From Octopus vulgaris (taxonomy: Eukaryota), in contig OX597822.1 in the NCBI GenBank assembly GCA_951406725.2, positions 23,064,001 through 23,128,000 on the forward strand: DNA of 64,000 nt, written 5' to 3'. The notes below the pieces were generated by a model that searched no databases, was not told the DNA's origin, and was given only the letters and a program-made list of their open reading frames with translations. Positions 53,683 through 64,000 of the stretch are shown here, piece after piece. Made by a program: the position numbers and the translations under genes. The number at the start of each line of letters is the position of its first letter. The stretch's first letter is position 1.

Positions 53683-55127
53683 TTAAGCTGGCCATATCCA
53701 GCCCAAATATTCTACATGTTTTACATTCAAACTGGCCATATCTAGCCCTTCACGCCTAACCTGCATTGACATTCTAAGAATAAACTATCACACCATTGAA
53801 ACTTCAAAGCTGTAAGATAATGTAGGATTAATTCAAAACAATTTGAGCGAAAAAAATATTACATTTAACAGATTAATCTGAACACTAAAAGTTTAAAGAA
53901 AGAGCTTCCATGATAATCAATTTGAGTCAACATGAATCTGGATGCCAATTGACTGGATGGTTAAGGAGTTAGTTTTACTATCACATGGTCTTGGGTTCAA
54001 TTCCAATGTAAAGCACTCTGGGCATAAAGTTTGATTGTGTATGTGTGTGTGTGTGTAATACAGAGTAGTTAGATATATCTTTTACAGCACAACACCCATT
54101 CCTGTCCCACAAGACTTGGCATATAAAACTACTCCCCTCTCTACTGCTACCCAACTTCAAGGGCTGGGGAAGGGTGGCTTGACCTCACTAGTGCTAGGGC
54201 TATGGAAAAAGCGCTCAGTACACTCTGTAAAGTGGTTGGCATTAGGAAGAGCACCCAGCCATGGAAACCATGCCAAAGCATTGGAACTTGATGCAACTCT
54301 TCAGCTTATTGGATCTTGTTGAACCATTCAGTCATGCATGCACCTTTCTACCCATGTGTACATATATGAAAATATGTGTGCCTGGGGACTATGTGTATGC
54401 ATGTGTGTATATCTCATAGTTTGGTGGTTCAGTAAACAAAGGAATAATAAATGGAATGAAATAGTAAATTAAGCTTCTTGAAAGCAAGTAAAGGTCAGCA
54501 TCAAGCTGAGAATTCAGCCACAGGATATTACCCCTAGAAGTCTCATCCACTCCATGACAGAATGGTAAGAAGCAGACATAAAAATGAGAACAATGATGGG
54601 AAATAAAATGAAATGTAATGAAAGTTGGGTTTAACCCTTTGGTTAACACCAGCCTCCTCTGGCCCCTGTGCCGGTGGCACATAAAAAGCACCCACTACAC
54701 TCTTGGAGTGGTTGGTGTTAGGAAGGGCATCCAGCTGTAGAAACACTGCCAAATCAAGACTGGAGCTTGGTGCAGCCTCCATGGCTTACCAGACACCGGT
54801 CGAACCGTCCAACCTGTGCTAGCATAGAAAACAGATATATGATGATGATGATTACTGTTGAAATACACAACTTCTGTTTCATTTAATTAAGAAAATAATG
54901 ACTAATTTAATAAAATAATTTTGTCATCTGCTGTTTGAGACATAAATTAACATGGAAATTTGATTGAAAGTTTTGATTTAGATCACTTTAACCCTTTTGC
55001 TACCAAATTTTTGTTGAATATACTGTCTCTGTTTCAGTTGTTAAGGTTATCTCTACAGATTTTCCATAGAAATGACCTTAACACCTGGTTTTAGTGCACT
55101 GCTAACACAATGGTATTGACTTATTAA

Positions 55128-55341
55128 CCCTTTCGTTACCAACCCGGCTGAAACTGGCTCTGTGGTAAAATGTCTTGTTTTCATAAGATTTGAATTAAAA
55201 TCTTCCACCAAACCTTAGTCACAATTTATGTTCCTAACACTAGCTTAACGATAACTAAGTTATTTTACTAAATTCTTTGTTATATTTAACATAATTGAAA
55301 GAAATACAGAGCATCTCAAAATAAATACAGTAACGAAAGGG
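55128..55341. mobile_element. TTAA-flanked MITE (piggyBac-like)
   Basis: TTAA|CCCTTTCGTTAC ... GTAACGAAAGGG|TTAA, a perfect 12-bp TIR. Confidence 0.9.
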
Positions 55342-55530
55342 TTAAAACATTTCATATACTTTGTAGTATATCATGGTTGCATAACAAAATACTGTGTGCC
55401 TACAAGTAATTAATATTTACGTATCTGTTTCAATTATTTGGAAAATAACAAAGATTTTAGAAAAATAACTTCGTCAATATAAAATTTTAATGAAATGTTT
55501 TAACTTAAATCACTTTAAAATCATTATTAA

Positions 55531-55751
55531 CCCTTTTGTTACTAACCTGGCCAAAACCGGCTCTGGCTCTGTGGTAAAGTGTCTTGTTTACATAAGTTTT
55601 GAATTAAAATCTTCCACCAAACCTAAGTCACAATTTTACGTTCCTAACACTAGCTTAATGGTAACTAAGTTATTTTACTAAATTCTTTGTTATATTTTAA
55701 ATAATTGAAACAAACACAGAGCATCTCAAAATAAATGCTGTAATGAAAGAG
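55531..55751. mobile_element. TTAA-flanked MITE (piggyBac-like)
   Basis: TTAA|CCCTTTTGTTAC ... GTAATGAAAGAG|TTAA, same body as the other copies. Confidence 0.85.
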
Positions 55752-56552
55752 TTAAGTTTGCTTCTGAGAACTAGGGCCAGATTCAGGTAGGTTCATACCA
55801 AAAGGGTTAAAATAGGGCGTTTCTATCATAGAAGCAGGGATGGCCTCAAAACGCTTAAGCTTGTGTTTGGAACATATTAACATAAAAATTTGATGAAAGG
55901 TTTTAATTCAGATCATGTGAAGACAGGAAATTCATATCATAGAACCAAGGGTGGTCTCAAGGGAGTTAGTATCAAAAGGGTTAAGACAAAAAAAAAAAAA
56001 ATTATTTTGTATACCAAAACCAGCAATGTGATAAATTATAAAGTAAAAGAGGATTATTATTTTAGACTAGAGTTCAACTGTTAAATTTACACAAAGACTG
56101 CTTTCTTAGTCTTCAGTTTTTTTTTTCTCCTCTATATAAAGACAACATTCATTCTAAAACTAGTCTTGGTTATTATTTCTAGTAACTCTAAGACTGCTGC
56201 TTTTTCTACTGCCATTTTTTTTTTTAATCAACAAATCATGTGTGATTTAATGAATTATATATGACTACCATATGTAACGTATTGTGATTGTATTAACTAT
56301 TAGGGCTGTTAGGTATTGATTTGACCAGTTTAACCCTTCTGATACCATCCCACCTTAGACAGCCCCTAATTCAGTGAGGACCCCAGTAATTAGGCTGATA
56401 CTTTATTTTACTGATCCCAAAAGGATGACATACAAAATTGACCTTAGTGAGATTTGAACTCAGAATGTAAAGAGCCTGAAGAAAGACTGCGAAACATTTC
56501 TTCTGATATTCTAGTTATTCAGCCAACTTCCTGTCTTTATAGTAGAGGCAGC

Positions 56553-56586
<34 letters not shown>

Positions 56587-56746
56587 TTAGGGGTTGGGGA
56601 TTAATTCGATTACATCAACTCCAATATTCTACTGGTACTTAATTTATCGACCTCGAAAGGATGAAAGGCAAAGTTAACCTCAGTGGAATTTGAACTTAGA
56701 ACATAAAGATGGTTGAAATTCTGCTAGGCATTTTGTCCAGTTTGTT

Positions 56747-56992
56747 GCAGGAGTGGCTGTATGGTAAGTAGCTTGCTTACCAACCACATGGTTCTGGGTT
56801 CAATACCACTGCATGGCACCTTGAGCAAGTGTCTTCTACTATAACCTCGTGTCAACCAAAGCCTTGTGGGTGGATTTGGTAGACGGAAACTAAAAGAACC
56901 ACATCGTGTGTGTATATATATATGTACCCCACAACACTTTATATATACGTATATATATATATATATACCCCACAACTCCACTTTATATATAC

Positions 56993-57024
<32 letters not shown>

Positions 57025-57222
57025 GTATGTGTGTCTGTGTATGTTCCCCCAACATCGCTCGACAACTGATGCTAGTGTGTTGACGTATCTATAACTTAGT
57101 GGTTCAGCAAAAGAGACCAATAGAATAAGTACTAGGCTTACAAAGAGTAAGTCCTGTGGTCGATTTGCTCGACTAAAGGCAGTGCTCCAGCATGGCTGCA
57201 GTCAAATGACTGAAACAAGTAA
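56747..57222 (+). mobile_element. tRNA-derived SINE, family A
   Basis: Colinear with 29260-29686. Nested in a family-B SINE. Confidence 0.85.
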
Positions 57223-57832
57223 GGGTAATAATAATAATAACAAAAACAACACTTTCTACCAAAGGCACAAAACCTGAAACTTTGGGGGGAAGGGACTAGT
57301 CAATTACATCGACCCCCCCAGTGTTTCACTGGTATTTAGTTTATCGACCCCAAAAGGATAACAAGCAAAGTTAACTTTGGCAGAGTTTGAACTCAGAATG
57401 TAGCGACAGGCAAAATACTGCCAAGCATTTTGTCCAGTGTGCTAATGATTCTGCCAGCTCACCACTTGTTTTTAATAATAATAATAATAATAATGATGAT
57501 AATAATAATGATAATAATAATAATAATGGTTTCAATTTTAGGCACAAGGCCAGCAATTTTGAGGAGGGAGTAAGCCAGTTACATCAACTCCAGTGCTCAA
57601 ATGATATTTCATTGACCCCAAAAAGATGGAAGGAAAAGCTGATCTTGGCAGAATAATAATAATCCTTTCTACAATAGGTATGAGGCCTGAAATTTGGGGG
57701 AACAAGGGGGTGGTGGTGCTTAAGTCGATTATAACAACCCCAGTGTTCAACTGGTATTTATTTCATTGACTCTGAAAGGATGGAAGGCAAAGTTGACTTT
57801 GTCGGAATAATAATTACATTGACTCTGGTGCT

Positions 57833-58122
57833 TGTTTATTCCTTCTCGAGCTATGCCTGGCTCATAAGGGCCAGTTTCCCGGTTTCTTGGCATATAGGTT
57901 CCTCACCTGGACGGAACGCCGGTCCGTCGCAGGTGAGGTGCAAGATCCAGTACGAAAGAGTGAGAGAAAGTTGTGGTGAAAGAGTCAGCAGAAGTCTCGC
58001 CATTACCTTCTGCTGGAGCCGCGTGGAGCTTAAGTGTTTCGCTCATAAACACACACATCGCCCGGTCTGAGATTCGAATCTGCAATCCCTCGACCGCGAG
58101 TCCGCTGCTCTAACCACTAGGC
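57833..58122 (-). mobile_element. Young CpG-rich tRNA-derived SINE (family E)
   Basis: Minus head GCCTAGTGGTTAGAGCAGCGGACTCGCGGTCGAGGGATTGCAGATTCGAATCTC has A and B boxes. Internal motif CCTGCGACGGACCGGCGTTCCGTCCAGG. Interrupts a family-B SINE. Confidence 0.72.
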
Positions 58123-59480
58123 TTGACTGGTACTCATTTTGTTGGCCCCCCGAAAGGATGAAAGGCAAAGTTTACCTTGGGTGAATTTGAACTCAGAAGT
58201 GCTTGTGCCTCGTAACAGAGAGGAGGGAAAGTAAAAGACTAAAAGAATTTCTATAAAAATTTCTTCCAATGCTCTGTTTCTGTCAGCTCACCGTTGTACT
58301 AGCAGCAACAGTAGTAGTAGTAATAATAATACTAACAACAATAATACTGCTAAAAGAGACAACAAAGAACCGATTCATTCACATTTATTTTATTTCGATG
58401 CTGGTTCTTTCTTTTCTCCTTTCTATCTCTTTCAGTAAAACAAGTACATGTTTATATTGAATGGCATACAAGATTTACCACATTTCTAAATAAGTCTTCA
58501 ACTATTATTAGAATATCAAGAGAAATAATCAACAGTTGTTCCCTTTACCCGCTATCCTCTCTCTTTCTCTCTCTCACACACACACACACACACATATGGA
58601 GTTTTAGACCTCAGTCTCCTAGAAAGTCTCTTGTTTAGTATAAATGTCATTCTGTACCACAAAGATTAGGAACTGGTTTATTTTACGAATCTTATTGCAT
58701 GCAGGTTATCTAAAGTGAAAATAAATTTCAAAATTCACAAGTGGTGGATCAACAAATCAACAAACCCATTAAGGGGTCGGACAAAATGTCTTGCAGTATT
58801 TAGTCAGTTCTGGTCCTTTATATTTCGAGTTCAAATCTTAGATGCGCTGAACTTCGCTTTTCATGCTGGAACAAGACGGCTGATTTAACAGGGGCTAGCA
58901 ACTGAGAGGGCTGCACCAAAACCTCAGTTGCCTGTTCTGGCATGGTTCCTGTAGCTAGATGCCTTTCCTAGCACCGACCATTTTACAGAGTGTTCTGGGT
59001 GTCTTTTATGTGGTACCAGCATGGATGTGTTTTACATGCCAGCACAAGTGGTTTTTACAAGTTACCAATATATATGTAGGCACTTTCTATATACTAGCAA
59101 GGGTCTGGATGGAGAAAGTTATTTGAGGTAGGATTTTATGGTGGAATGCTCTACCTGTTACCAACCCTTACTTGTTTTCAAGTAAGAGATCTTATTTTAA
59201 CTTCCACATGTCTTTGAAAGTGCAGAGTGACAATTATGATTTTAATATGGAATATCAACATCATCACTGCTTTAATTGAGCAGTGCCAAGAATGGGATAT
59301 CAACAGTCACACATTCATACACACACACTACTTTCACTGAAAGCCATCATTTTTCAATTAAAAATTTACAAAAATATTCCAAAATAACTAAATTAAAGCG
59401 ACAGAATAAATGACTTGTCCAACTTCAAATTTGGATAATACACAGTGAAATTAAAAGTGAGCAGACCAAAATACATGTAA

Positions 59481-59866
59481 CTCTTTTACTTGTTTCAGTC
59501 ATTTGACTGTGGCCATGCTGGAGCACCGCCTTTAGTCGAGCAAATCAACCCCAGGACTTATTCTTTGTAAGCCTAGTACTTATTCTATCGGTCTCATTTG
59601 CCGAATCGCTAAGTTACGGGGACGTAAACACATCAGCATCAGTTGTCAAGCAAAGTTGGAGAGACAAACACAGACACACAAACATATACACACACATACA
59701 TATATATACAACAGGCTTCTTTCAGTTTCCATTTACCAAATCCACTCACAAGGCTTTGGTTGGCCTGAGGCTATAGTAGAAGACACTTGCCCAAGGTGCC
59801 ACGCAGTGGGACTGAACCCGGAACCATGTGGTTGCCAAGCAAGCTACTTACCACACAGCCACTCCT
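59481..59866 (-). mobile_element. tRNA-derived SINE, family A
   Basis: Reverse complement of 29260-29686 at high identity. Confidence 0.85.
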
Positions 59867-60516
59867 ACGTTTATATGAAACTTTTCATTATAACCTCTTT
59901 TTATATTAACCCACATAGGTCAGTATAAGGTGCATGGTTTAGTGGTTAGGGTATTCAGCCCATAACCATAAGGTTGTGTGTTCAATTCCTGGTAGCGTAT
60001 TGTATCTTTGAGTAAGATAATTCATTCCACACAGCTCCAGTCAACTCAGCTGGCAAATATGAGTTGTGCTTGTATTTCAAAGCCTTGTCACACTCTGTGT
60101 CACACTGAATCTCCCTGAGAACTATGTTAAGGATACACTCATCTGTGGAGCGCTCAGCCACTTGCACATAAATTTCACAAACGGGCTGTTCCACTGATCT
60201 GCACCCTTGTCACCATAACTGATGGAGTGTCAGTTATACTAATCCACGTAAAACTGCCTCTGCTTGGCTCTGTCAGAGAATTGCCAAATTTAAGGTGATC
60301 CCATCTAAATTAAACACACACACACACACAAATTAGGGCCTTTTAAGCCTTTTAACAGTTTCTATCCAGCAAATTAACACACATATACATCTATATGTGA
60401 ATGTTTATACATGTTGTTTGAGCTTGTCCCATGCAGCTGGACAACTAGCACAGGTTTGTTGACATCCCTATAACATAGTGGTTCAGCAAACAGAGACCAA
60501 TAAGGGTGCTGGTGTC

Positions 60517-60727
60517 ACCCAGAAAGTACCCAGAAAGCACCCAGTACCAAAGTACCCAGAAAATACCCGGTACCAAAGTACCCAGAAAGTACCCAGTACC
60601 AAAGTACACAGAAAGTACCCAGTACCAAAGTACCCAGAAAGTACCTAGTACCAAAGTATCCAGAAAGCACCCAGAAAGTACCCAGTACTGAAGTACCCAG
60701 AAAGTACCCAGTACTGAAGTACCCAGA
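60517..60727. repeat. Degenerate satellite of GTACCCAGAAA / GTACCCAGTACCAAA units inside a SINE-A tail
   Basis: Directly visible mixed 11- and 15-bp units. Confidence 0.9.
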
Positions 60728-61225
60728 GACCAAATACCGGGGGCAACTCAATCAACTAAAAATCCTCCAAGACAGTGCCCCAGCATGGTTACTGTCATTT
60801 TGGCAGGGATTAGGATAAGGGAGATTATCCACTGAGTGTTGTCTTATCAATATTGCAAATTCACTATAGTATTGTTATGCGCAGACTCAGACACACAACG
60901 CTGACAGCAACACTGTTGACAAGAGTCAGGGTGTTCATGCACTTCAATAAGTGCTTGGAATACTCAGCCACCATGTAGCTGTAACATTGTAAAATTACAT
61001 AGATAATTCAAATGCAGTATTCACCAGTTTGTGGGCTAAATAAACTGAATGGTAAACGGCAAAAGTAGATAACTTGTTTGTCTGGTAAACTGCTGAATTA
61101 TTAATATATCAGGCTATCCATCATTGCAGAATACTTGCTTCGTCGAAAACGAATAGCTTGATAAACACTGAATATTTTAAATTTAGGAGAATGAATTAGC
61201 ATGAAAAAACCAGATGTGAAATGTA

Positions 61226-61278
<53 letters not shown>

Positions 61279-62083
61279 CTCCATGTAAACTTCAAAGAGG
61301 GCATCAGACAAGCTTTTGAGTTAACCTAGTTAAAAATAACTAGACTTTAGAAAGAAGAAATAAAGAGAAAACAGGAGAATGGCAGTATAGAGGCAACCAT
61401 ATGTGAAAATGGAAGAGGCAAAGAATTAATTCATGTGTTTATATAGAAGCACTCTTTTTCCTTACGAGCTAATTCAAATATCAGTTTTGTTTTCACTGCT
61501 GTTGGGGAAGAAAGAAAAAAAAAACAACAACAACAAAAATAAGAAAAGAAGAAAAAACCCTGTGATATAAAGAGTTTGATGTTTGAATCAATTTACAGAT
61601 ATGGCATATTTGGAAAATTTTATTACTGAAAGACAAAATGAGGATGAATTCTCTCATTCATACATTCACTTGGCATTATGTGTGTAGATATGTGTACATG
61701 ATAAACACACACACATACCTTTCTGCCTATATCATCATCAATATTTAACCCCCATTTTCCATGCTGGCAAGGGTTGGAATGGTTTGACAGGAGCTGACAA
61801 AGCTGGGAGCCATACCAGGTTCCATTGTCTGTTTTGGCATGGTTTCTACAGTTGGATGCCCTTCCTAGTACCACTAACTTTACAGAGTGTACTGGGTACT
61901 TTCTGTGTGGCACCAGCACCCTTTCATTACCATATTTCTTTTATTATCCACAACCCTGGTTTCAATTAATTTTGAAAAATAACAAAGAATTTATTAAAAT
62001 AACTTTGTCATTATTAAGCTAGCATTTGGAACATAAATTAACATGAAATTTTTAATGAGAGGCTTGAATTTAAATCACTTTAA

Positions 62084-62304
62084 CCCTTTCGTTACCAACC
62101 CGGCCAAAACCAGCTCTGGCCCTGTAGTACAAATGTCTTGTTTCCATAAGTTTTGAATTAAAATCTTCCACCAAACCATAGTCACAATTTATGTTCCCAA
62201 CACTAGTTTAATGATAACTAAGTTATTTTACTAAATTCTTTGTTATATTTAACGTAACTGAAAGAAACACAGAGCATCTCAACAGAAATACAGTAACAAA
62301 AGGG
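62084..62304. mobile_element. TTAA-flanked MITE (piggyBac-like)
   Basis: TTAA|CCCTTTCGTTAC ... GTAACAAAAGGG|TTAA, inserted in an older related element. Confidence 0.88.
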
Positions 62305-64000
62305 TTAAAAGAGGAAGTTTGTATTGTAGGACTAAGAGTGGTGTTAGGCAAGTTGATATCAGAAGGTTTACTGACAAAACCCAAGAATTTTATCTCACAC
62401 ATGTGCGTGTGCACACACACACACACTGTTTTAACACCAAATTTCCATTCATACTTGCATGAGTTAGACAGAGTTTATTAAGACAGATTTTTATATACAT
62501 AAACATAAATGCATGCAAAACTGGGTGGTTAAGGTCTGCTTTGCAACCATGTGCTTTTGGGTTTAGCCACGCTGCATGGCATCAAGAGCAGCCGACTACA
62601 AGATTCCCTTCAAAGCATAAAGAGCTGATGTCCTAATAATTCTGTTAGCTTGCCACATTATTATTATTAATAATAATAATGATAATACCTGATGCAGTAC
62701 CAGGCAGTGGCTCTCATGGCTTCTGATCTTAACTGATTGGAAGTGTTATCATGTACATATTTTATCATGGTACAAACGATGGGCAACACCAAATATTCTG
62801 CTCAATACCACAGATTTGCTTGTCAGTTGTTTAACCACTTAAGCATGTCCCTTAGTGGCTGACAATATGTGCATCCCCGTCACAAGCAGAAGTAGTGGGA
62901 GAGCATCATAGCCATGTGTTGAGAGGAATTCTTTGGGGTTTGGATAATTCACCTCTGGAAATATGGGCATTTCATTCAACATCCTTAAACAACCCTTATT
63001 GAAGAACCTTTTGAGCAGGATGGGCTGCTCGACCTGAAGAAAAACTCTAACTGGGCCTCACCTGCAAGGTCATGCACTGTCTATCTTGATATGAGATCAC
63101 TAGGTCACACACATATGATTGTGATGCATGTGCCTGGTGTACCCTTATCAGATGGGTAGTCATGATGGGTATACTGGGCTTTGTATATTTTACCCCAATG
63201 TCACACACTGTTCTCTCCTTCACTAAAATAATAATAATCCTTTCTTGCATAGACTCAAGGGCTTGAAATTTTGGGAGGGGTGGGGATAGACAGTTACATT
63301 GGCCTCAGAAGCTCAGCTTGTACTTATTTTATTGACCAGCCAAAAGGATGAAAGACAAAGTCAACTTTAGCAGAATTCAAACTCAAAACAAAGTCAGAAG
63401 AGATGGATGGAGTGGATACTGCCAAAGGCATTCAAGGGCCAGATAGTGGTCATTTGATTTGTTAGTAATAGCAACCAAATCTCTGTAAAAACAAAAGACA
63501 CAAATGATGTAATCTGGAGTATGTCATGCCTCTAACAAGATAGACTGTATTGGCCATGCAGCCAAAGTCAACTTTGCCTTTCATCCTTTCAGGGTCAATA
63601 AAATAAGTACCAATTGAGTACAGGAGTCAATATAATTGACCTAGTCCCTCCCCTGAAATTGCTGGCCTTCTTGTTATTACCACCACCATCATTATTAAGA
63701 CGGCAAGCAGGCAGGATCATTACTGAGTTGGACAAAACACTTAGCAGCATTCCTTCCAGCTCTATGCATTCTGAGTTCAAATCCAGCCAAGATGAACTTT
63801 GCCTTTCATTCTTTTAGGGGGTCAATAAAATAAGTACCAGTTGAGCTTTGTTCCAAATTTGTAACTATTATTATTATTATTATTATTATTATTAGGCACG
63901 CCGTGCCGGTGGTACATAAAAAGCACCAACCGATCGTGGCCGTTGCCAGCCTGACCTGGCACCTGTGCCAGTGACACGTAAAAGCACCCACTACACTCAC

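Noticed and set aside
58050-58122. tRNA-like sequence (also the heads of SINE families A and D)
   Set aside because: A and B boxes are present but no complete acceptor stem is evident, and the sequence continues into a SINE body. Not called as a tRNA gene.
60445-60751. ORFs with repeated GYFLGT / STQYQ motifs
   Set aside because: Products of the short satellite inside a SINE tail.
30400-64000. MTSS1 N-terminal exons (expected ..WEDF..KA.KL.. and ..AFLDAFQKVADMA..)
   Set aside because: Not found by eye. They are probably beyond the window end; a tblastn search would settle this.

Overview
Eukaryotic, AT-rich and repeat-dense DNA. The SINE/MITE content suggests a cephalopod (Octopus-like) genome; this is an inference. 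The window holds the middle of a minus-strand MTSS1/MIM (I-BAR/IMD-domain) gene. Five coding exons can be read with canonical splice sites and a continuous frame: 30290-30206, 21273-21182, 18029-17955, 16458-16301 and 14172-14017. There is also a candidate 15-nt microexon at 11914-11900. I did not find the N-terminal or C-terminal exons, which probably lie outside the window. The rest is intron filled with tRNA-derived SINEs, TTAA-targeting MITEs, decayed mariner and DD37D (maT) transposons, Tigger/pogo-like MITEs, a small Helitron, an RTE-like LINE fragment and microsatellites. The most unusual signals are: (1) several minimal type-I hammerhead ribozyme motifs in short Penelope-like inserts, one with the compensatory G3-C8 core swap; (2) a 26 x 30-bp minisatellite with higher-order structure inside a Tigger-like MITE; (3) the candidate microexon and a possible internal promoter/alternative first exon of the MTSS1 homolog. 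No CRISPR or other prokaryotic system is present. Most ORFs in the supplied track are repeat artefacts.
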